Positions 1 to 12,641 are shown, counted from the whole stretch's first letter. The stretch is DNA of 63,940 bases, filler included, from Hausera hauseri (GCA_046269625.1; 12 parts of 12 records of this genome joined end to end with filler, not necessarily neighbours in it); one strand, 5' to 3'. Notes: a model not told the origin generated them from the sequence alone. Program-made: numbers and translations.

Positions 1-675
1 GGATATTAACGGTTCCGTCCTCAGGAGTCGACGAGGGGGAACCGGCTGATCGTCCGAGTCGGAGTTGTACGCCCTGACCCGCCGTGAGCCGGAGATTCTC
101 TGGTTCGGAATCAACTGGCTGTCAGAGGGAACCAGTGATTCAAACATCCGGTCTGCAGCCGCCATCAGTCTTATAATGACTGGTACAAAGGCGGAGGAGT
201 CGAACAGCCATCGGCTGTCTCCGTCGGCAAAAAACCTTCGGAGATGTCCGTGAGGGAAGCAATAAAGATCGTTCTCGGACAACCTGGTGAGGTGCCGCAC
301 GAATCGGCTCCGTTGCAGTAGCCCTCAAACCGTCATATAATCTGAATACGAACGGCACGTAGCTTGGCGGTTTCTCGGACGAGTAGCTCGCCGTGCTGTG
401 TGGCTCCGATCTTCGGACCTGGCTTGTTTCGTTGAGGCGGTACGCTTGTCGACTTAGTTCACCTCGCCGGTGTGGGCTGGTCGGGGTATCTTTGGATTAC
501 GATACCCCGGAGTCGGTGATCCCGTCGTTCCGCCAAGGGTGGCGTTTGGTTGATTCGTGGCATCGGCCGGGATGGCTTTTGAATCTTGCCTGGCGATCGG
601 TTTGCCTGGTTTCACTTTGGTTGCCGACATTTGGCCCTTTTTGAACTCTTTCAGTGCTGCTGACATTTTGGACAT
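1..675 (-). pseudogene. GC-rich decayed ORF of unknown, probably mobile-element, origin
   Basis: ATG at 675 (MSKMSAALKEFKKG...) starts a K/P/T-rich segment, followed by fragmented frames. Much more GC-rich than the AT-rich DNA after ~700. No recognisable domain. Confidence 0.3.
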
Positions 676-3600
676 TTTGAGAGTAGTCTTGCTTTTTTCT
701 TTTTTTGAAATATATTTTATAAAAAATTTTAGATTGTAAAATAGAACCTTACAAGTCTCCCCGCCTAGAAAAAAATATTGAAATTACTCTATGATTTTAA
801 TTTTTTTAAATATACGTAATTTAGTTTTTATTAAAATTTGAGAATTGTGACGTTTCAATTTTGCCCATTTCAACGAGATCGAATTCTTTTAGCTGTGTAA
901 ATGCAGTTCTATCAATTTGATAGCCAACAAAATATAAATCTACAGTTTCGTTGAAAATATCATAGTAGTGGAGAATTTTTGAGATAAAATGTTTAGTAAT
1001 TTAAAAGCGTAATATGTTAAAAATCATGTTAATGCAATATCAAAATGATAAATTAGAAATTTATTTCAGTATGTTAAATTTGTTTCAATAATGATTTTTT
1101 CAACATGCATATGCATTATTTCAGTATGTTAATTTTTTATAAATTTGATTTTTAAACAAAATATTCATGAAATTGCACATTTAAATACGATATATAAATT
1201 CTTTGGTATCAGTCAGATTATTACATAGCATAAATTCAAAGTAATTTAAGAATTTAAAGTTCCATGACAAAAAACTCGCAAAACTCAACTGAAAAACTGT
1301 TAAGGATGCAAAGTGGTTCTGTGGACGGAAATTCGAACAACTCAGACCAATATGTAAGCCCAGTAAGTTTCAATGAACCATGTAGTGAAATGAACAATTC
1401 AATAACATCAGAAAGGTTTGCTGAACTTTATGATATTACTATCGAAGAAGCATAGGAAAATATTAATGTTTTGGAGTGCGGTAACAATTTCTTAAATTCT
1501 GATAAACGCATGGTGCTTTGTTTACGGTTATTTGGTTTAAAAATGAATTTCAACGGAACCATGGTGAACATGTAACTGTTTTGTTTTGTTTTTAATTTCT
1601 TGTTTAAATATTCATTTATTTACTTATAAATTTGAAATTTAGAATACAAATTAACTTTCTGTTTAAATTGTTCAGTGATGATTTCTTTCCTTGTTAATGA
1701 TTTGAATTTCATTTCGTGAAAAATTAGAATATTTATTTTATAATTTTTTAATTAAGTTTATTGTAGTTTTACCATTGTCCTACTATGTATTCTAATCGTG
1801 CCTCATTGTGGTTAAGTCTGGTAATATTTCAAAGCTACATGTTTTATGGATGTGCACCAGATATTTTGATTTAATGAAAAGTGATGGAAATGTGTCAGCG
1901 GTAATATATTTGATATAAAAATAACTAAACGTTGGAAATGCAATAGTTCTACGGATTTGTGAGCAGTGATTCTGATATTATAGCACGAGGAAGTGATACT
2001 TACTTGACAATATGCGCATTTTTTAACAATGCCCATGGAATAAGTCAAATTGGTGCAGTGGATATCAAGGATTTATTAGGACGGCACATGTTTTGCGATA
2101 AATCTAAATTTCTCCAATCATTTTTCATAAATTTAAGTACTTTGCTTTATTTTTAATACGTATTACATTTTGACGGAATTATATCTTTGTTATATTTTAC
2201 TACTGTTGAAAACATATTTCTAGATCCATTCTATGAATATTTCAGTTAAACATGAGACGTAATTTACAATACACATAATTTTCTAAAATGTTGACTCAGA
2301 TTGTTAATGTTCACCGAAATATAGCAGTCTGCATGTATTGATTTCAAACTGGAATTATAGTTGGTAAATTTTCACGCATTCTCGATGATATCATATTTTT
2401 TATTTAGTTTATCATTTATAGAAAATTCTATTGAATGATTTCGATTATTTTTTGAATGTTTCGTCGACTGCTAAATTAGGAAATATTTATCGGTTGCGAT
2501 ATTTTTTTGAAGCGGAGATAAGAAAATAAAACCGTTCATGCCTTGGAGATTTTTGGTAAAAGCAAAGTAAGATATTTAGTTAGGTTGATATTGGATGTTT
2601 ATTTTTCTTTCAGGCGGTTAAACTTAAATAAGTCGAACATACATTTAATGAGAAATTCTGAAAGCTGTAGAATTTCCATTCATCGTTAAGTTGGAGTATC
2701 ATTTCAACGGATTTTATTGTGTTGTAGAATACTTATTCTAAAATATAATTTTATAAAGGTTAATTCACGGATTTCCATACAAGAGTTAATCAATTCACAT
2801 ATTACATACAGTGTGGCATTACACACACAAAATCAATGTCACTAAACCTGGAATTGCAAATTATTGATTTAAGTAATTGTTGCCAGATCCATAATTTCTA
2901 AAATCGTAAAGTAATTGCATACACGTGAAAATTTCTAAATATTTAAATTTAGACAAACATTCATTTATTCAAAAAATGCACATGATGATTCAGTGTTCGA
3001 ATGTGCCTTAGTAGAAATCCATATTCATTACATAATGCTGTCTACAAATCAGTATTAAAATTTAAGCTAATTTAACAGACAAACGATTATATAATACTCA
3101 CATTTAATTTTCAGTAATTTGACGCTTTTTATTGAAGGTATTGATTTATAGTTGAAGATATACAAAATATTGGTTTAAAGCACAAAACAGCCTATATTTC
3201 AACAAGTTAACAAGTGGTCCCTTCATGAAAACACTGAGTATTGAATTATGATCTATGTACATTTGATTTTGAATTTCTAAATTCACAACAATTTAATATA
3301 AAGAGCACGGTAGATTTGTTTTAAGATTTGTATTAAAATATTTAAAAACGATAATTAAATTTGAATGAAGTATTATCAATGAATTTTCATAATTTGTTTC
3401 TTAATCATTTCTTATGAGGCCTCTTACTTTAAATAACAAGATGAATGTTAGTGTTGAACATGGCCCATTTTATGATGGTCCCAGAACTAAGAGAGGTTTG
3501 TTAATTTTACGACGTTCGATTATCTAATTTTGCACGTTGCATGGTTGCATGGAGCGCAATCGCAGCCCATGAAAACGGCACGAGTGCGTGGTATCGAGGT

Positions 3601-3894
3601 GGATCGTGTCGATAGGTTTTGTGTTAAGCACTTGGCGACGCAATGGTATTGCAAAGGGGTTGTGCAAATTCGTAGTGGGACAACGGTTATGGAATAACTT
3701 GCTAACCGTGAAAATTGTTGGGTTTATCGTCGCGCTTCTAATGAGTCGCTTGGTTGCGTGTGGCTTGCTCGTCGCTTATGAAAAGCGGAATGAGCGAGTG
3801 TCGCTTCAACACTGTGGGTTCGATCCCCACCTGTTTTGATGCGACGTGCATGCTGCATGCAATCGGGTGCTATTTATTTTGAACCTGTAGGGTT

Positions 3895-5638
3895 TTACTG
3901 GAGTCGGGGTATCTTGGATGCACTCCTGGTACGACTTGATACCGGTGCGGCAGGGGTTTGATTGCGTATCGCTGTACGTTCTGTTTCCGGAAGTATGGGC
4001 GTTGGGGCAATATTTGTTTCAGTTCGGACCGGGGTTGGGTCATAGGCTATTGTAGTGTCCATATTGAATGGATCAATTTTGTCGTAGTTTTCTCGAAGCT
4101 TGTCTACTTCTGACATGCTTGGTGTGGTTTGTTCTATAGGATCTTCGGTATCGGAATCGTGATAGCCGAATGCTGGTTTTACGTTCGACAAGTGGACTAT
4201 ATGTTCGTCGTTGTCGCGCAGTATTTTGGCGTTGTTCTCATTGATTTCAATGATCTTGTAGGGGCCCGTGTAGAATGGTTCAAAACCGTGTCTTTGTTGG
4301 CTTTTGAGCCAGACAAAGGATGCGTCTCGTAGGTTCTTTGGCATGATTGGTTTTTTATGATTGTTGTGGAATGCAGGGTTCGTGTCTATTCACAGGAAAT
4401 GCTTCCGAGCTTGGTTGAGAGCAGGGATGGAGGTTACTTCTTCGTTGCTTACCAGATCTTGACGAAATGTAAAGTGGGCACCAAATAAGAGTTGTGCCGG
4501 AGAGGCATCAGTGCTAGTGTTCGGAGTGTTTCTCCATTTTATTAGCACAATTGGTAATGCATCCAACCAATTCTTGTTTTCGTGGCATAGGATGCGTAGG
4601 GATAATTTGAGTGTACGATGAAATCGTTCAATCAAGCCATTCGCATGCGGGTGGTAGGGTGATGTATGAATATGCTTTGAACCAAGCGATTTGGTTAATT
4701 GCTTAAACATGACTGACTCGAATTGGGTACCTTGGTCTGTTATAATGTTTTTGGGTACTCCGAATCGAGAAATCTACATGTTGACCAATACAGTTACAAC
4801 GCTTTGCGTTGTTATTTGGTAGATTGGAATGGCTTCCGGCCATCTTGTTTTCCGGTCGAGAATGGTTAGAATATACTGATAACCGTTACATTCGGGAAGT
4901 GGTCCTACTATGTCCATGTGGATGGTTTCAAACCATGTGCCAGTAGGATAGTGTAGGATTGGGGGTTGTATAGTCTTGTTGATTTTGTATTGTTAGCAAA
5001 GTGAACATTCTTTTGTCCACTGCTTTATATCGCTCAGCATGCGAGGTCAACAAACTCTACTGCTCAATAAGCGAGCTGTGGCTTTTGATCCAGGGTTATG
5101 GATGTTATGAATGGTGTCAAGCGCCTGTTTCCATTGGTTTGCTGCCAGAATTGGGCGTGGACAACCATTGAGGATGGTACTGTAGTGTATTTCATCCTTT
5201 GTGTCGACTGTTTTGAAGAACGTAACATCGTCTTCATGTGGAGGGTTCGATAGGAGAATCTCTTCCGTGAAAATGGGGTCAAAAGATATTGTCAATATCC
5301 CAGTTCTGAAAAAGAATTCAGCAACTGTTATCTTTTCCAGTTATGTGTTTTATCTGGAATGAAAATTCTGATAGAAATGAAATGTGCCGCTCTTGACGAA
5401 AGGATGGGTTCTTCATACTCATCATGTGAATGAGTGGTTTGTGATCTGTACGGATTGTGAACACATTTCCTTCGAGGAAGTGTCGGAAGTGTTTGACACT
5501 GAGGATTATTGCTAGTAATTCTCAGTCAAAGGTTGAATAGCGTTGCTCAGCCAAATTGAATTTGTGGGAGAAGAATTCAATGGGAGCATTTTTGCTATGG
5601 ATTGATTGTGCAAGCATGGCGCCTGCAGCGATTGTGGA
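3895..5638 (-). mobile_element. Ty3/Gypsy (CsRn1-like) RNase H-integrase fragment, degenerate
   Basis: RNase H STIAAGAML..IEFFSHK..RYSTFD*ELLAI..TDHKPL. Integrase core HMDIVGPLP, ITDQGTQFES, TSPYHPHANGLIERFHRTLK. GPY module EPFYTGPYKI. Contains stops and frameshifts. Confidence 0.93.
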
Positions 5639-6340
5639 ATTTTCACATAGCCAACATCAGATCGCCCAGAATAGGCTCCGATTTCTTGGATGCATACGAC
5701 TTGTTAGTTGACTGCAAGCATAAATGCCTCCTGTGCAGACTTCACTGTCAATTCTAACAAATACTTACTAAACGACCAGTCGGAAACTTTGTTTTCCTCA
5801 GATCGTTCAAATGCAAATGTGACATACTGTTCATCGGTTGACAACAACGCGTTTAACACTTCATCAATATTTTCAATCTCATCAAGTAGAAACAAATCAA
5901 TTTTGAAACATTCGACTGAGCAAAATGTCGTTAATGAAGCATACATCAATTTCTACATCAATTACAGCAACTGACTCTTACAATGATATGCCCTCATCAT
6001 TCTTATCGTTAGATTCTGACCTTCAATCCTATATTAAAACTTCTTGTTTCCCCACTGTTAAGAAGGACATCAATTTTAAACCGCATTCTACAACATATCA
6101 TCACATAGTCACCGAACATCAAAGACCTATTAGACAAAAGGTAAGGCCACTTTCACCTCGCAGACGAAAAGCTGTTGAATCAGAATTCCATAAACTCGAA
6201 AAGGCGGGCATTATTCCACGATCCAAATCACCATGGGCTTCGCCTTTGCATGTTGTGACGAAAAAAGATGGCACATACAGACCATGCGGTGATTATCGGC
6301 AGTTAAATAATCTAACAGTCATGGATGCTTATCCTTTACC
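5635..6340 (+). mobile_element. Ty3/Gypsy (CsRn1-like) protease C-terminus, linker and RT N-terminus
   Basis: WNFHIANIRSPRIGSDFLDAYDLLVDC (protease end). HHIVT..RPIRQKVRPL..SKSPWASPLHVVTKKDGTYRPCGDYRQLN (RT start). Closely resembles 10400-11242. Confidence 0.93.
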
Positions 6341-6440
6341 NNNNNNNNNNNNNNNNNNNNNNNNNNNNNNNNNNNNNNNNNNNNTTAATTAATTAANNNN
6401 NNNNNNNNNNNNNNNNNNNNNNNNNNNNNNNNNNNNNNNN
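6341..6440. other. Artificial contig linker N44-TTAATTAATTAA-N44 (first of 11)
   Basis: Identical 100-nt linkers also at 11243-11342, 16091-16190, 20614-20713, 24822-24921, 31379-31478, 35817-35916, 40625-40724, 46241-46340, 50331-50430 and 56284-56383. TTAATTAATTAA puts stops in all six frames. Sequences on either side are not physically linked. Confidence 0.98.
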
Positions 6441-6554
6441 AAGAATTTGGCTTTGGTGATATGGACAAAAACAATTATGTTTAATGATTGTGATAATAAT
6501 AATAGTTGTTTTGCATGTGTTATAAACAAAAAATGATTTTGTACATGATAAGTA

Positions 6555-7043
6555 ATGGCGACAGGATTTATAGACATTGAAGCTTTCCAAGATGATAATG
6601 CCCGGTACATAATAAAGGAATTATGCATTATGGACATCGGTAACATTTTCAAACCGCTTGTGTACGTAATCAAGCCCGCAGTTACGTGGAAACAGTTGAC
6701 AGAAAAGGCAAAAATTACCAATGGATATCTCATACGACGTCATCATGGGCTTTGTTGGCACGAAGGACATTCAAAGTTTTGCGTATCATGTATCATGCGA
6801 GACATTTGTGATCGTTTTAGCATTGAAAATACAACGTTGTACGTCACAGATCAAATCAACGGTCAAAAGTTTACGCAACTGAACTCACTATTTCCCGAGT
6901 TGCGAATGACGACGTATTCAACATCGAACAACTCACCAGCAATGGTATCTGAAAATATTAGATGTCCGTATCGTGATCATGGACCGAATTTTTCTTACAA
7001 AAATTGTCTACGGCTTTGTATTGACTATGTTTCATGCATATAA
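6555..7043 (+). CDS. Polinton/Maverick-type accessory protein with DnaQ/DEDD-like N-terminus
   Basis: Intact 162-aa ORF. FIDIEAF (D-x-E Exo I-like), IIKEL, P..W..L, HHGLCWHEG and a C-terminal C-x4-H motif match the pattern of small conserved proteins of invertebrate Polintons. Confidence 0.65.
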   Translation: MATGFIDIEAFQDDNARYIIKELCIMDIGNIFKPLVYVIKPAVTWKQLTEKAKITNGYLIRRHHGLCWHEGHSKFCVSCIMRDICDRFSIENTTLYVTDQINGQKFTQLNSLFPELRMTTYSTSNNSPAMVSENIRCPYRDHGPNFSYKNCLRLCIDYVSCI

Positions 7044-7430
7044 ATGTACGAATTTCTTTTATCTTATGTAAATATGGTACATTATGACTCTAATAAATGA
7101 TCATAATGACATTGTAGTAAATTAATCCAATAAGAAAAGATAAGGCAAAACGGCAAATTTGTGTAATAACAATTTATTTCTTTACTTTCAAGATAATTAA
7201 TAATCAACAAATCAATATCTTGTACATACATATACAATCAAATATATACACGCAGATGCAAATAATTAACTAATTAGTTGTAGATAATGCAACTAATATC
7301 TTTAAGCATCTATCCACTGGTAATTTTCGTTTCATTCCAATATCGTCATATATAAACTACTTGGAATAACCATATTTCAACTTCTTTTGTTCACAGCTTC
7401 CTAGTAGTTTCATAAATTACACATGGAGAT

Positions 7431-7757
7431 TTATATAATGGTTCTAAAGTTGTAGCGTAATTCATTTGCCATGGGATTATCACAAATATATATATTTGTT
7501 TCATTAATGAATTCATACAATTTTCTGCACGATCCAAATGCAAATAAATAATGAGACATTGTGGATTCAACTTTACCAGTTTTACTTGTCAGAAACAATT
7601 GGGGTAAACTTGAACCATATTCCAAATAAAAGAAAACGTCTAAATGTTCATTCTTCACCAAATATATTTTGACAAAAGAAAGTTTGAAATTGTTCACACT
7701 GTTAAACGTATCGATAGTAACTTTTGCAAAATGTTCGAACAAATACTGTTGGCACAT
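7431..7757 (-). CDS. Hypothetical protein, possibly a Polinton accessory gene fragment
   Basis: 108-aa ORF convergent with 6555-7043. Its 5' side abuts the Gypsy 3' end at ~7778. No motif recognised. Confidence 0.3.
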   Translation of the reverse strand: MCQQYLFEHFAKVTIDTFNSVNNFKLSFVKIYLVKNEHLDVFFYLEYGSSLPQLFLTSKTGKVESTMSHYLFAFGSCRKLYEFINETNIYICDNPMANELRYNFRTII

Positions 7758-7777
7758 CTTTGTATCGTATGGTCAAA

Positions 7778-10700
7778 TGGTGGGGAAAGTCCTCCTACCG
7801 ATCCACTAACCCCTCCAGTGCCACCGTACTTTAAGCACTATATCGCTCCCGTGGCAAGATGAAGACTATAAAGAGAAAAATAAATGGAGATTTTAGTAGC
7901 AACAACGAGAACTTGTACCTATTCGGTTTTAGTACGTGTTAGACATTGGATTCCATCTACGAACTTCTCCCTGCTATAAGTACTAAATGTCGCTTGGCGT
8001 GACCTGTTAGATGTTATTGGTGCTTGTGGAGTTGTTTGAGGGAGAGATACTGTGGATTTTGTGGTGTTTTGGGAGGATGCTTTATGAAGAGGTGAAAGTG
8101 GAAATGAAGTTTAAAAAGGAAAATAGTCACGCGAAAACGAGATTGGAGATGTCAGCGAATTGTGCGATGAAGGTGAAATGAGTACAGGATGTGTAGGCGA
8201 TGACAAAGAAGCAAATTGTGAAGGAGCAGTGGATGATGACGGAAGTGAAGAGAACTGATTGTGACGCTAGAGTGAATGGTGCGAAGGATTAAAATCATCA
8301 AGGAAATTAGATGATGGCTCGAGGGTAGAGAAGTTAGAGTTGAGATTTGAAACAATGCTGTTGTCCTAGTCATCGTCAACGAAGAAGGCTGGCTTAAGAT
8401 GAGAGATGTGTACGTTGTGAGGTCTGTCCTTGCTTAAAATAGTGACGGTGTGCGAAGAAATGTTCAGTAGTTTGTAAGGGCCAACGTATTGGGGCCCAAA
8501 ACCAGAAAGTGTCAGATCCTTCAGCCGCACAAATTTGGCTGAGTATAAGTCCTCTGGAATATAGGATTTGTCTTCATTTATGAGGCGGCAAATGCGTTTG
8601 AGTTGAAATCTACAAAGTGTGACTGTGCCGCACGAATAACTTCATCTGACGGGCTTTCATCAAGATTGGAGAGTTCAAATAGGGCACGAATTAGTGTCCC
8701 AAAGAAAGCTTCAGCCGGAGCACAGCCGGTTGTGGTGAATGGCATGTTGCGCCAACCTAGTAGGACAAGAGGAAGAATTGAGGTTTAGCTATGATTGTTG
8801 TTTGCCAGGATTTTTAAAGAAATCTTCACGGTGCGATGAAATCTCTCGGGAAGACCATTTGCTTGGAGATGGTATGGCGTCGTATGGAGATGGGCTATCT
8901 CAATGTGCTTTACAAGAGATTTGAAAAGATCAGCTTCAAACTGCGGACCTTGGTCTGTTATGATGTGACGTGGTGAGCCAAAACGGCTGACCCATATCTT
9001 AATAATGCATCTGCTACTGAGTCAATGTTAGTTGATCGAAGCGGAACGGCTTCCGGCCAGCGAGAAGCGCGATCCATCATGGATAAGATATATTGATAGC
9101 CGTTATTGGATGGTAAAGGCCCGACAAGATCCAAATAAACTGTGTCAAAACGAGATGTGCAAGGGAAGTGGTAAAATGGTGGTTTGAGGTGTTTGTAAAC
9201 CTTGTATTGATGGAGTGCTGCACATCCCTTAACCCAGACCTGTATATCTGTACGCATAGTTGTCCATACAACGTGGCGTTGGAGTAGACAAAATGTGGCT
9301 TTTGAATCTGGGTGATGAAGAGAGTGAAAATGCGTGAAAGCTGCCTTTTGTAGCGATGGAGCAAGAATGATTTTTTATTAGTCGAATTGGATGTGTCGTA
9401 GGCGATACCATCGATGATCTCAACTAATTTAAAGGCTTGGGAAATATCAGATTATGGCTGATTACTTCTCAGGACTTCAGAGGAGAAAACTGGTTGAACT
9501 GTAATTGAGTTGGCTGACCGCGACAGAAAATCTGCTACTAACTTTTCGGTGCCAGAAATTTATTTCATGGAAAAACTAATAATCGACAGATATGATGTCT
9601 GACGTTCTTGCATGGGTGATGGCTGTTTTAACGTCATGATATGAAGTAGAGGTTTACGGTCTGTTTGGATGACAAATTGACGTAATAGGAGTAAATTCTT
9701 AAAATGCTTTACAGCTAAAACTATGGTCAGGAGTTCACGATCGAATGTTGAGTATCGGATGTCCGGTTGTGTAAGCTTTTGGGAATAGAATTCCAATGGC
9801 TCGTCAACATTATTGTATATTTGGTGTAATATTGCACCAGTGGCTGTGGTTGAGGCATTGGTAGTTAATATTAATTCCGCGTTCGGTTTTGGAAAAGCCA
9901 GGATTTCAATGGATTTCAGACCATCACGAAGGCGGTCAAATTGATTAAGTAGATCGGGAGTCCAATGGTTTAATTGTCTTTTCTTCCCGGATGAGAGGTG
10001 TGCAAAAGGTGCCGTTAATTCGGAGCAGCGTGGCACGTATTTATGTACGAAGTGCAATGTCCCTAGAAAACTCCTCATGTCGGTAGTAGTAGTTGGTAAT
10101 GTCACATTTTTCAATTGTTGTAAGCGATCAGGCTGAGGCGAATGATCTTCAGGGTAATTATGTGACCTAGGAAGTTGACGCGTTTCTGGAAGAAATTGCA
10201 TTTGGCGAAATTAATTTGCAGATTGCTTTGATGCAATCTGTGGAAAATAATTCTAAGGTGCTCATGATGTTGTTTGCTGGAGCTGCAAGCGACTAATATG
10301 TCATCTATGTATGGATGGGGAAAATCAAGTCCAGAAAGAACGGTGTCAATGTGGCGCTGAAAGGTCTGAGATGCATTACGTAGGCCGAAAGACATGAAGA
10401 ATTATTCGCAAAGGCCAAATGGTATGATGACAGCAGTTTTTGGAATGTCATCGGGAACAACAGTAATTTGATGGTAGGCCTTGTGCAGATCAATGGTAAA
10501 ATAGGTATTGGTGTTGTTGAGGCTATGAAGAATATCTTTAACGAGTGGTAGTGGATAGGCATCTGTAATACTTAGATTGTTTAATTGTCGATAATCGCCA
10601 CATGGACTATAGGTACCATCTTTCTTTACCACTACATGAAGAGAAAAAGCCCACGGTGAATTCGATCTCCGAATGATGCCAGACCTTTCCAGTTCATTAA

Positions 10701-11242
10701 ATTCCTGTTCCACAGCTTCACGTCTGCGTGGCGACAAAGGTCTGACATATTTTGATCGGCCTCTGATGCTCTGTTACTATGTGATAATAAGTTGTGGATG
10801 GAGGCTTGAAGTTGACGTCCTTTTCAACTATGCGAAAGCAAGACGTTGTGACGTATGATTTAAGATTAGAGTCTAGAGACAAAAATGAATGAGGCATATC
10901 ATTAGAGAGAACAGCTCTAGTGATTGACGAAAAGCAACTGGAATCGCTACTGTCTACGCCTAATTTGGATTTTTGTTTTAGAATAGATTTGTGATTGTCG
11001 TTCATAATTAAAATATTACCGACTTTACCAAAAGTTTTTTATAGATGACGAAGCGTTCATCATGTTCACAGATGAGTGCAATGAATTGCTAGCTAAGTTG
11101 TCTATGAGACACATGTTTGGAGTTGCAATCGAGTTCCTGCTTAAAAGATAGCTGTATTTGCAATCGACCAATAGATCATGTGCGGCAAGAAAATCTGAGC
11201 CTATTATGGGAGATTTAATATTGGCCACGTGGAACTTCCAGA
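7778..11242 (-). mobile_element. Ty3/Gypsy (CsRn1-like) retrotransposon, PR-RT-RH-IN and 3' end, degenerate
   Basis: Protease end SPIIGSDFL. RT SPWA..KKDG..GDYRQLN, IDLHKAYHQI, FGLRNASQTFQR, YIDD. RH NASTTATGAILHQ..YSTFDRELL. IN LDLVGPLP, DRASRWPEAVP, ITDQGPQFE, GPY. PPT-like CTGGAGGGGTTAG followed by a very short TG..CACCA remnant at ~7778-7820. Confidence 0.95.
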
Positions 11243-11342
11243 NNNNNNNNNNNNNNNNNNNNNNNNNNNNNNNNNNNNNNNNNNNNTTAATTAATTAANN
11301 NNNNNNNNNNNNNNNNNNNNNNNNNNNNNNNNNNNNNNNNNN

Positions 11343-12120
11343 GCGAATGACTGATGTTTCAGTGTTGATACAATTGAAAGAAGAAGAAATTTTTCGAGCA
11401 TTGAATGAAGTGCAGAACTTGTTCGCTACAAATGACGATCTCTGACACCAATTTTCATTATGATGTCATAAGTAATCATACATTGAGTGATTAATTCAAT
11501 ATGTTCTCGTACAGTTGTTGGTAATTTGGCTGAAGGCATAATTCTAGATTTGTGAAATATACCACTTTCAATTGTATCAGTTAATTGTTTAAGAAGATTG
11601 GTATTATCGAAATCTTTTCATAAGTGTCAATTTTAGTAGCATAGGCATTAGACTGATAGATCATTGCTAGTTGATCCACTTTTTTGTCAACCGTTTTTTG
11701 CTCTCATGTGAACTTTCATTATTTGTTGTTTTGCACTCTTCCGAACTTTCACAATCCTATTAAAATAATTAAATACAGCATATTGAACATATAATTATAC
11801 GCATATCAGAGGGGTTCTGTCATGATATTCTCCAAATTCTTCTTCATTTGTATCGTCTGTTTCTTCAGCAATAGGTTTATCAATATCAGTTTCGTCGACT
11901 ATTTTGTTAACAATACATTGCTCATCCGCAACATCGGCAATTTTTTCACTGTTTTCTTTAAAATGTTCAGCAACTGTGTCATGTATGTCGATAATTACGA
12001 CTTTATTATTGTCGTCAACATCTAATCGAAAACATCAGTGTTTGTATTCCATTGTAAAAATTATTTGTTTCCGACTGTCAAGTTTATTTATAATAATTTT
12101 ACCATGATACTTTATTGTGA
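11343..12120 (-). pseudogene. Decayed acidic unknown ORF
   Basis: Minus frame TIKYHGKIIINKLDSRKQIIFTMEYKH*CFRLDVDD...EETDDTNEEEFGEY, with a possible short GT..AG intron at ~11757-11800. No family recognised. Confidence 0.3.
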
Positions 12121-12205
12121 TTGGTTGAAAGTGAATATAAATATAATGTATCTGAGTTTGAAATTTTTAACTGTTAGTATTAATTATAAAAAGTAGGAAA
12201 AAAAA

Positions 12206-12641
12206 TGGCGGTTCGGTCCCACCCCGGGAGGGAGTGTGCCCAAACGATATTGAACATGTGCCAATCGATAGCGCACGCGGAGCATTATCGATCGGTAGAG
12301 TGCCTAGCAACGGCACCGCTTGGCACCGTTGCTAGGGGCACTTTTGCACTTTTGACAAATCGATCGCTGCACAGTGCAGTATTGATCAAATTGATCGGTA
12401 CAAACTGCTAGTCGATAGAGCACATTGAGATGCATCGATTGGTGCACAGTGCATGCGTACAACACATGTGCAATTGTGCAAAAATCAATAATATTGGATT
12501 TCCGATAAATTTAAAATTGATGATTAGCATTCAGGACCGGGTGCAATGGGTAGTGCACATGGTGGACTGTGTATATGTACAGTTAGAATTTAAATCGATC
12601 AATTGGTTTTGGAATAATTTGCAAGTGGGACCGAACCGCCA
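12206..12641. mobile_element. Non-autonomous element with perfect 17-bp inverted ends (MITE/HINE-like)
   Basis: TGGCGGTTCGGTCCCAC (12206-12222) and GTGGGACCGAACCGCCA (12625-12641). Internal hairpin CCTAGCAACGG...CCGTTGCTAGG. Related copies at ~12770-13045 and 16191-16587. Confidence 0.8.

Noticed and set aside
800-3500. Host gene exons in the AT-rich stretch (ORFs 1264-1455, 1959-2156)
   Set aside because: Short, stop-interrupted and without recognisable motifs. I cannot support a call without a search.
3815-3831. tRNA gene (GTGGG-TTCGATC-CCCAC T-arm/B-box); similar motif at ~42906-42922 (-)
   Set aside because: Only the T-arm is present. No acceptor, D or anticodon arms and no convincing A-box, so at most SINE remnants.
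6385-6396. Recurring TTAATTAATTAA palindrome as a biological repeat
   Set aside because: Always centred in 88 Ns, so it is an artificial linker. ORFs crossing it (e.g. 5925-6392, 6389-6733) are artefacts at that end.
6548-6552. Baculovirus-type late promoter ATAAG before ORF 6555
   Set aside because: A 5-mer expected by chance in AT-rich DNA, with no other baculoviral genes nearby.
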